Source: Nautiliaceae bacterium (GTDB lineage Bacteria; Campylobacterota; Campylobacteria; Campylobacterales; Nautiliaceae). From it: a stretch of DNA of 64,000 nt. The notes under the pieces were generated by a model. It was not told the origin of the DNA and did not search any database. It saw only the letters and a program-made list of their open reading frames with translations. The stretch is from NCBI GenBank assembly GCA_039831155.1, contig JBDONT010000043.1, positions 160,001-224,000 on the forward strand, read 5' to 3'. Each line of letters begins with the position of its first letter. Positions within the stretch are counted from its first letter, which is position 1. Of the stretch, positions 1 through 10,596 are shown piece after piece. The position numbers and the translations under genes were made by a program.

Positions 1-1
1 A

Positions 2-364
2 GGTGGGGGGAGTATTATTTCTCTTAGTTCGACGGGAAACTTGGTTTACACTCCAAACTACGCAGGGCATGGTTCTTCTAAAGCCGCAGTTGAAACAATG
101 GTAAAATACGCAGCTGCAGAGCTTGGAAAATGGGGTATTAGAGTTAATGCCGTGAGCGGAGGTCCTATTGATACGGACGCCCTTAAAGCTTTTCCTAATT
201 ATGAAGAAGTAAAAGCTGAAGTTGAAAAAAGAAGCCCGCTTAATAGAATGGGTGAGCCTAAAGATTTAGCCGGTATTACTTACTTTTTGTGTACGGACGA
301 AGCTAGTTGGATTACCGGACAAACTTTTATTGTCGATGGTGGAACAACGTTTGGTGGGGCTTAG
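2..364 (+). CDS. Short-chain dehydrogenase/reductase (enoyl-ACP reductase FabL/HdhA-like), 5' end outside the window
   Basis: SDR C-terminal motifs YAGHGSSK, IRVNAVSGGPIDTD and ITGQTFIVDGG; frame is open to the window edge. Confidence 0.8.
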   Translation, partial: GGGSIISLSSTGNLVYTPNYAGHGSSKAAVETMVKYAAAELGKWGIRVNAVSGGPIDTDALKAFPNYEEVKAEVEKRSPLNRMGEPKDLAGITYFLCTDEASWITGQTFIVDGGTTFGGA

Positions 365-366
365 AA

Positions 367-960
367 GTGATAGTAACGGAAGACGGAATAAAATTTTATA
401 GATATGAACGTTGGAAAAAAAGATTAAAAAACGTTCCTAATATTTTGGCTTTTATTAGGATTTTACTTGCGTTTTTGATGTATTTTTTTTTAGTCAATAG
501 AGATTTATTCGAAGGGATTCATCCTTCCTGGCTTGATTATTTTGCAGCTTTAATTTTTGTAATTGCAAGTGTTACCGATTTTTTTGACGGATATATAGCA
601 AGAAACTTTGATGCCAGCAGTAAGCTAGGGGAAATACTTGACCCACTTGCCGATAAAATGCTTACTTTAGGGGCTTTTTTGGGGCTTTTGTATTTGCATA
701 GGGCAAATGCCTGGGCTATATATCTTATAATGGTAAGAGAGTTTTTTATTACTGCTCTTAGAATAGCTATGGTCCAAGAGGGACTTAGCGTAAAAGCGAG
801 TATGGCCGGGAAAGTAAAAACCGTTTCTCAAATGGGGGCTATAGGGTTTTTGCTTATGAATTGGCCGTGTGGAGAGTGTCTTTTGTGGATAGCTGTTTTT
901 CTGACTCTTTATAGTGGTTTTGAATATGTAAAAGTTTATGTGAAAGCTCAATATGATTAG
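367..960 (+). CDS. pgsA: CDP-diacylglycerol--glycerol-3-phosphate 3-phosphatidyltransferase
   Basis: CDP-alcohol phosphotransferase motif TDFFDGYIAR...GEILDPLADK; start moved to the GTG at 367, just after the upstream stop. Confidence 0.93.
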   Translation: MIVTEDGIKFYRYERWKKRLKNVPNILAFIRILLAFLMYFFLVNRDLFEGIHPSWLDYFAALIFVIASVTDFFDGYIARNFDASSKLGEILDPLADKMLTLGAFLGLLYLHRANAWAIYLIMVREFFITALRIAMVQEGLSVKASMAGKVKTVSQMGAIGFLLMNWPCGECLLWIAVFLTLYSGFEYVKVYVKAQYD

Positions 961-1996
961 TGCTATTTTAATATTATCGTTTTTAATTTTTTTTCACGAA
1001 CTAGGTCATTTTTTAATGGCAAGACTTGTAGGTGTTAAGGTTGAAGTTTTTAGTATAGGTTTTGGAAAAAAGCTTTTATGCAAAAAATTTGGTAATACGA
1101 ACTGGTGTATTAGTGCCGTGCCTCTTGGTGGGTATGTGCAGATGAAAGGGCAGGATGATACTACTCCTACACTAAAAAGCAACGACCCCGATTCTTATAC
1201 CGCAAAGTCTCCTTGGCAAAGGATTTTGATTCTTCTTGGAGGTCCCGGATTTAACTTTTTATTGGCTTTTTTGATTTATCTTTTTATAACGTTTAGCGGA
1301 TGGACTAAATTAGCTCCCGTTATAGGAAAAACAATACCGAATACACCGGCTGCTAAAGTATTTAAGTCGGGAGATAAGATTTTAGAAATTAATGGCATAC
1401 AAATACGTGCTTGGGATGAAATTCCTTCTATCATTCAAAAATCAAGCGATTTAAACGTAGTTATAAAAAGAGGCAATAAGATTTTAACCGTTCATATAAA
1501 GCCTAAAATAGAGATAATGAAAAATATCTTTAATGAAGAGATAAAAAGAAAAATTTTAGGAATTGTACCTAGTGGGGATGTAGTAAAAGTGCATTACGGA
1601 TTTTTGGAGGCTTTTAAAATAGCCTGGGATAAATTCGTTTATGATACGACTTTGATAGTAAAAGGCGTTCAAAAGCTAATTACGGGAGCAGTGGGGCTTA
1701 ATACCATCAGTGGACCGATAGGAATAGTGGACGTAACAGCTAAGGTAGCTGATTACGGATGGCAACCTTTGCTTTTATTAGCCGCTCTTTTGAGTGTGAA
1801 TCTTGGGGTTTTGAATCTACTTCCCATACCGGCACTTGATGGTGGGCATATAATGTTTAATTTATATGAAGCTATATTTAAAAAAGAGATAAGTGCAGAG
1901 ATAATGATAAAACTTACCATCGCTGGATGGGTTATTCTGGGGTCTTTAATGATAGTAGGTATTTTTAACGATTTACATAGATTAATAGGAGGGTAA
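953..1996 (+). CDS. rseP: Site-2 intramembrane zinc metalloprotease with PDZ domain
   Basis: HELGH, PLGGYV and NLLPIPALDGG motifs. Confidence 0.95.
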   Translation: MISAILILSFLIFFHELGHFLMARLVGVKVEVFSIGFGKKLLCKKFGNTNWCISAVPLGGYVQMKGQDDTTPTLKSNDPDSYTAKSPWQRILILLGGPGFNFLLAFLIYLFITFSGWTKLAPVIGKTIPNTPAAKVFKSGDKILEINGIQIRAWDEIPSIIQKSSDLNVVIKRGNKILTVHIKPKIEIMKNIFNEEIKRKILGIVPSGDVVKVHYGFLEAFKIAWDKFVYDTTLIVKGVQKLITGAVGLNTISGPIGIVDVTAKVADYGWQPLLLLAALLSVNLGVLNLLPIPALDGGHIMFNLYEAIFKKEISAEIMIKLTIAGWVILGSLMIVGIFNDLHRLIGG

Positions 1997-2661
1997 TGAT
2001 GACTTTAGACGAACTGATTCAAAGAGTCGAAGCAGCAAGGCTTAGAAGAAGTGAGCATTTAATAGTGCAAATAGTGGCAGTTACTAAGTACACTAAAGAT
2101 ATAGAACCTTTAAAAAGACTATACGCAGAAGGTCAAAGAGCTTTTGGGGAAAACAGGGTTCAGGATATGGAAGATAAGGTAAAAGCATTGGAGGATTTGC
2201 CGATAGAGTGGCATTTTATAGGTAACTTACAAAAAAATAAAATCAATAAACTTTTAAAGCTTAATCCTTTTATGATTCAGTCTATTAATTCGTATGAATT
2301 GGCAGAAGCCATAAACAAAAGAACAGATAAGCCCGTTCGATGTCTGCTTGAAATTAATTCGGCAAAAGAAGAGACAAAACACGGTCTTCAGCCGGAATTG
2401 GCAGTTGATACGTATTTAAAAATTAAAGAAAATTTAAAGCATATTAATTTACAAGGTGTTATGACGATAGGGGCTCACGTTGATGATGAAGAAGAGATTA
2501 GAAAGAGTTTTAGGTTGACTTATAAAATATTTGAAGAACTAAAACCTTACGGTGCTAAGATTTGTTCTATGGGAATGAGTAATGATTTTGAAATAGCCAT
2601 AGAAGAGGGTAGTAATATGATAAGAATCGGTAGTGCACTTTTAAATTCTTATATGCAGTAA
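1996..2661 (+). CDS. yggS: PLP homeostasis protein (YggS family)
   Basis: AVTK, FGENRVQ, WHFIGNLQKNK and SMGMSND motifs. Confidence 0.93.
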   Translation: MMTLDELIQRVEAARLRRSEHLIVQIVAVTKYTKDIEPLKRLYAEGQRAFGENRVQDMEDKVKALEDLPIEWHFIGNLQKNKINKLLKLNPFMIQSINSYELAEAINKRTDKPVRCLLEINSAKEETKHGLQPELAVDTYLKIKENLKHINLQGVMTIGAHVDDEEEIRKSFRLTYKIFEELKPYGAKICSMGMSNDFEIAIEEGSNMIRIGSALLNSYMQ

Positions 2662-2728
2662 AAATATTATGTTAACTGGTAAGTCATCCAAATAACTTCT
2701 CCATTAAAGACAAAACGGTAAAACAAAA

Positions 2729-3955
2729 TTATCCTTTAATAAGTTTTACCGTTACGCTTTTGTCGAAATATTTTTTTATATCTTCTACGTCTTCACAAGA
2801 GAGGGAGTTTATTTTCTCTTCATATTGAAGTAGGGGAGTTATGTCGCCTTTTGCAAAATAGTCCCCGTATATGTTGCTAACACCGGATGAACTTTCAAGG
2901 TGAGTTAAAAAGTCCATTTTTGTTTGATTTTTTACTTTTTTAAGGGCTTTTTTAGTAATTTTTGTATTTAAAATCTCTTTTTTAAGTTCTTTTTCAACTA
3001 TATCGGGATTTACACCTGGATTACATATGGCAAGGGCTAAGAAAACTCCCGGGTCTATTAATTCCATATTATATGCATAGACTTCGCTAACAAGCGATTT
3101 TTTGTTTATAAGCTTTTCTCTTAAACTTCCACTTTTTCCTCCACTTAAAATTTCACTGTAAGCACTTAATGCAAACTGGTCTTCGTGTTTAAAATTTGGA
3201 ATTCTATAAGCTATAGCTATTACGTTTACTTCGGTGTCTCTTTTTATTACTATTTCTTTGTCTCCGTCAAGTGGAGGTTCAACGGTATGGATTTGAGGAA
3301 TTTTTTTTCTGTTTTTTATATGGGAGAAATATTTTTCGGCACTTTCAAAAACCTCATTAGGGTCTATATCCCCGGCTACTAAAATAAAAGCGTTTTTAGG
3401 CTGATAAAAAGTTTTATGAAATTTTCTTATATCTTGAATAGTCCAATTTAGAATATCCTCTTTAAATCCTATCGGAGTCCAGTGGTAAGGATGATAAATA
3501 AAAGTGTTGTTAAAAAGTCTAAAATAGAGGTATCCTATCGGATTATTATCCGTTCTCCATAGTCTCTCTTCGTATACGACTTTTCTTTCACGTTGAAATT
3601 CGTCGTCGTTTAGATTTAGATTTTCCATAACTTCACTAAATAGCTCTAGGGTTTTGTCAAGATAACTGCTGGATGTTTTTATATAATAATGAGTATAATC
3701 AAACCCGGTTGACGCGTTATCTACACCACCTAGGCTTTTTACTATTTTATCAAACTCTCCTTCTTTTAGGTTTTTTGTGGATTTGAAGTTCATATGTTCA
3801 AGCATATGAGCTATTCCGGTTTTTCCCATAGCTTCGTTTCTGCTTCCGACTTTATAAAAAATATTGCTCGTAATTACATTTGAGCCTTTATTCATCGGAA
3901 TTGTTATAACTTCAAGAGAGTTTTTTAGTTTATGAGTATAAAATCTGTGAAGCAT
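2729..3955 (-). CDS. M16 family zinc peptidase (PqqE-like)
   Basis: Inverted zinc motif HMLEHM; NASTGFDYTHY. Confidence 0.92.
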   Translation of the reverse strand: MLHRFYTHKLKNSLEVITIPMNKGSNVITSNIFYKVGSRNEAMGKTGIAHMLEHMNFKSTKNLKEGEFDKIVKSLGGVDNASTGFDYTHYYIKTSSSYLDKTLELFSEVMENLNLNDDEFQRERKVVYEERLWRTDNNPIGYLYFRLFNNTFIYHPYHWTPIGFKEDILNWTIQDIRKFHKTFYQPKNAFILVAGDIDPNEVFESAEKYFSHIKNRKKIPQIHTVEPPLDGDKEIVIKRDTEVNVIAIAYRIPNFKHEDQFALSAYSEILSGGKSGSLREKLINKKSLVSEVYAYNMELIDPGVFLALAICNPGVNPDIVEKELKKEILNTKITKKALKKVKNQTKMDFLTHLESSSGVSNIYGDYFAKGDITPLLQYEEKINSLSCEDVEDIKKYFDKSVTVKLIKG

Positions 3956-3989
3956 TGACCACCTTTTTTTTGTATTATCATATCATATT

Positions 3990-4310
3990 TTAAAAATTAA
4001 AAACGGCTGCCATAAAAGGATATACGTTAATAAAAATAAAAAACAAAATCATTCCCAAAGCTATGGCGTTTATCATTCTTAATAAACCGTTGGGTAAAAG
4101 GTCTTTAATAAAAGAAGTAATCAAAGAAGCTATTACCCAAAACGGAGTTGCAAAAAGAGTTGAAATTAAAGCTCCTTGAATATATTCGTATCTTACCGGG
4201 TTGGTGTAATCCAAAAAATAATTCATAGTATAAAATAATCCCATTCCTAAAAGAGCAACTCCTATCGTTAAAAATAATAAAAATATAAAAATTAATAAAA
4301 ATTTTTTCAT
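3990..4310 (-). CDS. Small hypothetical membrane protein (about 3 TM helices)
   Basis: 106-aa hydrophobic ORF whose start overlaps the pyrD stop. Confidence 0.65.
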   Translation of the reverse strand: MKKFLLIFIFLLFLTIGVALLGMGLFYTMNYFLDYTNPVRYEYIQGALISTLFATPFWVIASLITSFIKDLLPNGLLRMINAIALGMILFFIFINVYPFMAAVFNF

Positions 4311-5368
4311 TATTTTAAATCGGCTCCTACAGCTTCGCTTATATGACTAAATCCGTCTCTTTTGAGAAGTTCTATAAGTCCTAAATTTATATCTCTTGCC
4401 ACAAAAGGACCTTTGTAAACTATAGCCGTATAGATTTGAAGTAAAGAAGCTCCAGCTTTTATACGTTTATACGCTTCTTGTGCCGAATCGATACCACCTA
4501 CGCTTACGATAGGAACTTTTGAAAAGACCTCTTTTGCGACTATTTGTAAGACTTCATAACTTCTTTTTGCCAAAGGTTTCCCTGAAATTCCTCCTTTTTT
4601 AATAGGAGAATTTACCAAATCGTAATTAACGGTAGTGTTTGTAACGATTATACCGTCTGCTTTGTTTTCTACGCTTAAGTTGGCTAAATTTCTAATCATA
4701 TCGTCTTGCATATCCGGGGAAAATTTTATAAGAATAGATTTTCGGGTTAGGGTTTTTAGCTCTTTAAAAAGAGTTGAGATAAAAGTTTCGTTTAGTAAAT
4801 CTCTAAGTCCCGGAGTGTTCGGAGAAGAGATATTTACTACGAAAAAGTCCACTACGTCGTTTAGTTCTTTTACTAAAATTTTATAATCTTCTATCGCTTT
4901 GTCTTCCGGGGTGCTTTTGTTTTTGCCTATGTTAGCACCGATAGGAAGTATGAAAGGGTGGATTTTAGAGAGTCTTTTTTTCATTACCTCAACGCCTTCG
5001 TTATTAAATCCGTAAGCGTTTTGAACGGCTTGATACTCTATATGTCTCCAGGCTCTTGGTTTTTCGTTACCTGGTTGAGGCTTTGGAGTAACGGCTCCCA
5101 CTTCTCCCCACCCAAAACCCAGTGCAGGCCACGCCGATATCATTTTTGCGTGTTTATCAAATCCGGCGGCAACTCCTATAGGGTTTTTAAATTCAAGATT
5201 CCATATCTTTTGGTTTAAAATAGGGTCGTCTATAAAATTTCTTTGGATTAAAGGATTAAAAAAAAGAGGACATCTTCTAGCCGTACTTAGGGCTAGTTCT
5301 GCTAAATTGTGAGCTAATTCCGGGTCTGTTTTGTAAATTAAAGGTTTTATCTTCTCAAAAAAACTCAT
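4310..5368 (-). CDS. pyrD: Quinone-dependent dihydroorotate dehydrogenase (class 2)
   Basis: AAGFDK, GANIGKNK, NISSPNTPGLR and GGISGKP motifs. Confidence 0.96.
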   Translation of the reverse strand: MSFFEKIKPLIYKTDPELAHNLAELALSTARRCPLFFNPLIQRNFIDDPILNQKIWNLEFKNPIGVAAGFDKHAKMISAWPALGFGWGEVGAVTPKPQPGNEKPRAWRHIEYQAVQNAYGFNNEGVEVMKKRLSKIHPFILPIGANIGKNKSTPEDKAIEDYKILVKELNDVVDFFVVNISSPNTPGLRDLLNETFISTLFKELKTLTRKSILIKFSPDMQDDMIRNLANLSVENKADGIIVTNTTVNYDLVNSPIKKGGISGKPLAKRSYEVLQIVAKEVFSKVPIVSVGGIDSAQEAYKRIKAGASLLQIYTAIVYKGPFVARDINLGLIELLKRDGFSHISEAVGADLK

Positions 5369-5369
5369 T

Positions 5370-6767
5370 TTATACCTTTTCCCATAAAGTTCCGTTTGGA
5401 GTGTCTTGTATCTGAATTCCCATATTTTTCAGTTCGTCTCTTATTTTATCTGCAAGTTCGTAATTTTTTTCTTTTTTAGCTTCGTTTCTTTTTTCGATAA
5501 GTTCGTTTATTTTCTTTTTAGTCTCTTCATCTATTCCGGCTTGGAAATACTCATACGCATCACTTCCACCGACTCCTAAAAGCGAATCTATAAACTCTAT
5601 ATTGTTTACGATTTTTTGTTTCAAGGCTTTGTCTTTAGGATTTTTATCCAGGTTTTCGTTTACTTCGTTTATAAATTCATCAACCGTTGCAAGTGCTTTT
5701 GAGATGTTTAGGTCGTCTTTTAGTGCGTTTAACAGTTTTTCTTCAAACTCTTTGTCTTTTTGTTTTTTACTAATTCCGTATACTCTTTTTTTGAGACGAT
5801 AAAGTTTATCGAGTCTTTTTTTGCTTGCGATTAAATCCTCTTCACTAAAATTCAGTGGGGCTCTGTAATGAGTACTCATAAGATAAAACCTTAAAACTTC
5901 TCCCGGGTAGTGTTTTAAGGCGTCTTTTACAAAAAAACTGTTTCCGAGTGATTTACTCATCTTTTCGCCGTTGATTTGTACAAATCCGTTATGCATCCAG
6001 TATTTTGCCAGGTGGGTGTCGTAAGCACAATAAGTTTGAGCCTCTTCGTTTTCGTGGTGAGGGAAAAAGAGGTCTGCTCCTCCCCCGTGGATGTCTATTT
6101 GATAAGGGGTATTATCGTAGGCTATATGTTTTTTAATCATAGCACTACACTCTATATGCCACCCCGGTCTTCCTTTTCCAAAAGGCGAATTAAAACATAC
6201 GTCATCTTCTCCTTTGCACGCTTTCCATAATGCGAAATCCGCCGGGTTTTTTTTACCTTCCGTATCTACTCTGTGAACGACTTCGCCCTCTTGACACTTG
6301 TTTGAGAGTTTGCAATACTCTTTGTCTTTGCTGGTATCAAAATAGATATCTCCGTTTTCCAGTTTGTAAGCGTACCCTTTTTGTAGGAGTTTATCGATTA
6401 ATTCGAACATAGCTTCAAGGGATTCGGTGGCTTTCGGTTCTATATCGGCTCTTTTTACGTTTAAAGCTTCCATATCTTTTAAATAAGAATCAATATAATA
6501 TTCGGTAATTTCTTTTAGACTCTTACCGGTTTGATTCATTTTTTTTATGATTTTATCGTCGATGTCAGTGAAGTTTTTTACGAAAGTTACGTTATAGCCT
6601 AATGCTTTTAGGGTACGTCTTAGTAAATCGAAACTTATAGAACTTCTAGCGTGTCCTAAGTGTGCGTCGTCGTATACCGTAGGTCCGCATACGTAAATTT
6701 TTACCTCTTTTTCTTTTAGGGGGATAAATTTAATTTTTTCTTTTAAATGTGAATCGTAGATTTTCAT
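5370..6767 (-). CDS. cysS: Cysteine--tRNA ligase
   Basis: CGPTVY, HLGH, GRPGWHIEC and KMSKS motifs. Confidence 0.97.
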   Translation of the reverse strand: MKIYDSHLKEKIKFIPLKEKEVKIYVCGPTVYDDAHLGHARSSISFDLLRRTLKALGYNVTFVKNFTDIDDKIIKKMNQTGKSLKEITEYYIDSYLKDMEALNVKRADIEPKATESLEAMFELIDKLLQKGYAYKLENGDIYFDTSKDKEYCKLSNKCQEGEVVHRVDTEGKKNPADFALWKACKGEDDVCFNSPFGKGRPGWHIECSAMIKKHIAYDNTPYQIDIHGGGADLFFPHHENEEAQTYCAYDTHLAKYWMHNGFVQINGEKMSKSLGNSFFVKDALKHYPGEVLRFYLMSTHYRAPLNFSEEDLIASKKRLDKLYRLKKRVYGISKKQKDKEFEEKLLNALKDDLNISKALATVDEFINEVNENLDKNPKDKALKQKIVNNIEFIDSLLGVGGSDAYEYFQAGIDEETKKKINELIEKRNEAKKEKNYELADKIRDELKNMGIQIQDTPNGTLWEKV

Positions 6768-6776
6768 ATTTCTCCT

Positions 6777-8174
6777 TTATATGATTAAAAGAATTAAATT
6801 TTTAAAAACAACTGCTAAAATTATACTTGCTAATATTACCAAAATAGAATAAAAAATATATTTTTTTTCAAAAAACTCTGCAAATTTACCAAAACCGAAC
6901 TCTTTTATTATTAAAAAGAGTTTAACCGCTTCCCCTATACTTGTAGCAAGTGCCAAGCCGTAAAATTTTAAAGGCATAATAAGAGTCAACGAAAAGAAAA
7001 TATTAACTCCTAAAGATATAGCCGAAATTTTTGCGGCTTTTAAGTGTCTGTGGGTTGCAAAAAGATAGCTTGATAATAGTTTGTTAAGACCGGCTGGGAT
7101 TAATCCTATCATATACATAATTAAAGTAACGGACGTATAAAGGGTGTCTTGTTTAGTGAAGGCTCCGTGTTCGAAAAGCAAAGTTATTATCTCTTTACTT
7201 GAAATTACGGCTACTATTGTTGCTAAGGTGAGGATATAAAAAAGAATCCAAAACATCTTTTTTAAAATTTCAAAAGCCTCTTTGTGTTGGTTTTTATTTA
7301 GGCGTTTGTTTATTTCCGGGAAAATTACACTGCTTGTAGCAAGTGCGAAAAGAGCGAACGGAAGTTGGAAAAGTCTGTTTGCATACCATAAATAACTAAT
7401 ACTTCCACTTGCCAAAAACGTAGCGAGCCACGTATCTATAAAAGAGCTTATTTGAGAAGTGGAGTTTCCGAAAACAGAAGGTAAAAAATGCTTTTTAAAA
7501 GTTGATAGGTCTTCTTGTTTTTTGCTTTTTGCCCCTATGCAGAGGAGTTTTAATACGTTGTGTTTTTTTGCAGAGTATAAAATCGCCAGAACCTGGGCTA
7601 TTCCTCCGAAAATCACTCCTAAGCTTAAATACCATATGATTTGTTCTTTTGGTAAGTCTTTGGAGATTAAAAGGGCTGCTATAAATGCGATATTCAATAA
7701 AACCGGAGTAAAAGCACTCATAAAAACCTGTTTTTTATGCTGAAGTAAAGATGAAAAAAAGGTCACTATAAATATTAAATCCAAATACCAAAAATTAATC
7801 GCTACCAGGGGAGAAGCGAGTTTTTTAGCCTCTTCACTAAATCCTGGAGCCAGTAAATCGGTAATTAGATTTGAAAATAGGGTTACAATTACCGATAAAA
7901 TAAGTATAATTATAAATAACTTTTTAAACACAAGCCACGCAAAGGCCGGTTTGTTTTTTGCTTTTAAGAAGCTTGGAAGAAAACTTTGGGCAAAAGCACC
8001 TTCGGCGAAAATTCGTCTGAAAAGATTAGGGAATTTAAAAGCGACGAAAAAAATGTCCGAATATACGTTTGCACCGAGAATCGAAGCACTTAACAAATCT
8101 CTGATAAATCCCAGGATTCTTGAAGTTAAAGTTCCTAGGGATGTGATGCCTATTAGTTTTAGTATGGATAACAT
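6777..8174 (-). CDS. murJ: Lipid II flippase
   Basis: SRILGFIRD, FRRIFAEGAF and ANRLFQLP motifs. Confidence 0.94.
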   Translation of the reverse strand: MLSILKLIGITSLGTLTSRILGFIRDLLSASILGANVYSDIFFVAFKFPNLFRRIFAEGAFAQSFLPSFLKAKNKPAFAWLVFKKLFIIILILSVIVTLFSNLITDLLAPGFSEEAKKLASPLVAINFWYLDLIFIVTFFSSLLQHKKQVFMSAFTPVLLNIAFIAALLISKDLPKEQIIWYLSLGVIFGGIAQVLAILYSAKKHNVLKLLCIGAKSKKQEDLSTFKKHFLPSVFGNSTSQISSFIDTWLATFLASGSISYLWYANRLFQLPFALFALATSSVIFPEINKRLNKNQHKEAFEILKKMFWILFYILTLATIVAVISSKEIITLLFEHGAFTKQDTLYTSVTLIMYMIGLIPAGLNKLLSSYLFATHRHLKAAKISAISLGVNIFFSLTLIMPLKFYGLALATSIGEAVKLFLIIKEFGFGKFAEFFEKKYIFYSILVILASIILAVVFKNLILLII

Positions 8175-8201
8175 AAAACGTATTTTACCAAAAGGATTGA
8201 T

Positions 8202-10067
8202 TTGGGTCTATTTGATTTTTTAAAAAAAGAGGAAAAAAAATCTCTTCCTATAAGAGTTAAGGTCGATAACGTAGCAAAAGCCCTTGTTGAAGTTTCAAAG
8301 GAGAGTGGGGTTTTGATATCTTCTTTGGATTTTGAGATTGTGGATTTTAAGACTTATATTAAAATGGAAGGTGATGAAGAATTTATAGAACTTGACGAAA
8401 TCAGCAGACCTTTAATTGGGAGTGAAGAGTTTTTGCTAAACGAAAAAAACGAAATAAAGCAGGTTTACGACATAATAATAGATAGGATTAAATTTGACGA
8501 TAATTTTGAAATTATAGGGGAGATGAAACTTAATAAACATCTCACAAAAGCGGAGTTTGTTTTAAAAAACGAGTCGTTTTTGGTTTATACGCCGGATATC
8601 GAAGAGAAACTTTTAAAAGAACTTAATAAAAAAAAGCTTAAAAACTCCCTTTTAATCTCTATTTTCGATAAAGAACTTAAAGAAGATGTTAAAGAGGTCG
8701 TAAAAACCTTAAAAGTTAATAATAAACTTTTAGAAGATAAAACCGTAAGGCTTTGTCGTGGGCTTGACGCGGTAGAGAGTATAGAAGGGAAGGTTATTTA
8801 TCACTATCTTTTAAAAAGAACTCATAAAAAAGAGCTTATTTTCCCGGTAAAAAAAGGGGATGTTTTAATAGAAATAATTAAACCGAAACCGGGGAAAAAC
8901 GGAAGAGACTGCCGTGGAAAAATTATAAAACCTCAAAACGTTTCTCATTTTAAAATGCCTAATATCTTGTATGAAGAGAGTGATATTGAAAAACAAGAAG
9001 ATGATGAAAAGATTTTGTTTATAGCCTTAAAAGACGGATATGTCCATAAAGATAAAGATTTTTACAGTATAAGAGACGAAATGGAAGTTAAGCAGATTAA
9101 TTTAAAAACGGGAGACGTCAGTGGGGCTACGGACTCAAACGTTAAGATTAACATAAGTGAATCGGACGCCTTAAAAGAAGCCATAGCCGATAATATGAAG
9201 GTTGAGACTACGTTTTTGGTTGTAAGGGGAAATGTAGGAAATTCGGCTAAGATAGTATCTAAAGAGTTAAGGGTTGAGGGGCAGACTCATCAAAAGTCTA
9301 AAATCAAATCCGGCAGTGCTTACGTAAATATACATAAAGGATACCTTGAGGGAAAAGATGTTGAGGTTAATAGGCTAGAAGGTGGAGTTATAAGAGGTAA
9401 AAACGTCAAAGTAAAACAAGCTATAGGAGGAAAAATATTCGCTCATAATGTTGAGGTTGAGATTTTAGGTTCTCATGTGGAAATTCACGCACTTAACGAA
9501 ATAAAAATCAAAAGTTTAAAAGGCAGTGAAAATAAACTTATAATATCCCCTAAAGAAGTGCTTGGCGTAAAGGGAAGTGCCGAAGAGATTGAGAAAAAAA
9601 TAGAAGAGATAAAAAGACATCTTGAGATAAAAATATTAAACTATAATAAAAGAAAGCAGGTAATTGCCAAAAACAAACCGGTTATTCAAAAGCTTTTTAA
9701 AGAATATACCGAAAATAAAAAAAGAGGCCTTAAAACACCGGCTTTAACTTTAAAAAAGATAAAAGAGTTTAACGACTTTAAAGAAAAAACCATTGAATTA
9801 AAAGAACAGATTAAACATCTTCAAGAGGAGATTAAAGAGTTAAAAGAACATTTGCAAGAGTATCAAATAGCTATTTTTAATGCTAAAATTATATCCTTTT
9901 CGCCTTGGAAGGCTTTTAATAGGATAGTATTTGACATGATAGAACCTCCTATTTCTTTAGTGTATGATACCAAAGGCGATGAGGGGGTTTGTGGATTTAA
10001 GCTAAAAGATTTGGGAGATACTTACAAAATAGTAAAAATAAAGGTAAAAGATGATAGCGGCTCTTAA
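8202..10067 (+). CDS. Flagellar assembly protein A-like (FapA/DUF342) protein
   Basis: KPKPGKNGRDCRG segment, beta-helix-like repeats and C-terminal coiled coil; lies between murJ and ruvA as in other Campylobacterota. Confidence 0.75.
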   Translation: MGLFDFLKKEEKKSLPIRVKVDNVAKALVEVSKESGVLISSLDFEIVDFKTYIKMEGDEEFIELDEISRPLIGSEEFLLNEKNEIKQVYDIIIDRIKFDDNFEIIGEMKLNKHLTKAEFVLKNESFLVYTPDIEEKLLKELNKKKLKNSLLISIFDKELKEDVKEVVKTLKVNNKLLEDKTVRLCRGLDAVESIEGKVIYHYLLKRTHKKELIFPVKKGDVLIEIIKPKPGKNGRDCRGKIIKPQNVSHFKMPNILYEESDIEKQEDDEKILFIALKDGYVHKDKDFYSIRDEMEVKQINLKTGDVSGATDSNVKINISESDALKEAIADNMKVETTFLVVRGNVGNSAKIVSKELRVEGQTHQKSKIKSGSAYVNIHKGYLEGKDVEVNRLEGGVIRGKNVKVKQAIGGKIFAHNVEVEILGSHVEIHALNEIKIKSLKGSENKLIISPKEVLGVKGSAEEIEKKIEEIKRHLEIKILNYNKRKQVIAKNKPVIQKLFKEYTENKKRGLKTPALTLKKIKEFNDFKEKTIELKEQIKHLQEEIKELKEHLQEYQIAIFNAKIISFSPWKAFNRIVFDMIEPPISLVYDTKGDEGVCGFKLKDLGDTYKIVKIKVKDDSGS

Positions 10068-10596
10068 AGGGAAAGTTTTTGAAAAGATAGAAGGAAAAGT
10101 TTTATTGGACGTAAACGGAGTTGTTTATGAAATAAACGTTAGTATGATAACGTTTTCGGAAGTAAAAGATGATGTGCTTTTTTATATAACCGAAATAATA
10201 AAAGAAAACGAATATACCCTTTACGGATTTATAGATAAAAACGAAAAAAAACTTTTTGACAGTTTAATTAAACTAAACGGAGTGGGACCTAAAGTGGCTC
10301 TTGCGATATGTTCTACCTATACGCCTCAAACTTTTATGGATATAATTTCAAATCAGGATATAAACGCTTTAAAAAAAGTACCCGGAATAGGACCTAAGGG
10401 AGCTAAGAGAATTTTAATGGAAATGAGCGAATTTGATATTGAAATATCAAATCCTACCTTAAATCAAGCTTTACTTGCTTTGGAAAACTTAGGCTTTAAT
10501 AAGCAAGATATTTTAAAAGCTATTAACGGGCTTGAGGGTAGTGTGGAAGAGGTTATAAAAGAAGCTTTGAAAAGATTGAGTAAAGGAGTTAAATGA
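10051..10596 (+). CDS. ruvA: Holliday junction branch migration protein RuvA
   Basis: LYGF, HhH motifs GVGPK and GIGPK, C-terminal ALENLGF. Confidence 0.95.
   Translation: MIAALKGKVFEKIEGKVLLDVNGVVYEINVSMITFSEVKDDVLFYITEIIKENEYTLYGFIDKNEKKLFDSLIKLNGVGPKVALAICSTYTPQTFMDIISNQDINALKKVPGIGPKGAKRILMEMSEFDIEISNPTLNQALLALENLGFNKQDILKAINGLEGSVEEVIKEALKRLSKGVK

Noticed and set aside
5-5270. Homopolymer runs (G6 at the window start, T/A runs in pgsA and pyrD) as phase-variation tracts
   Set aside because: They are short or A/T runs expected in an AT-rich genome, and they lie in intact housekeeping frames.
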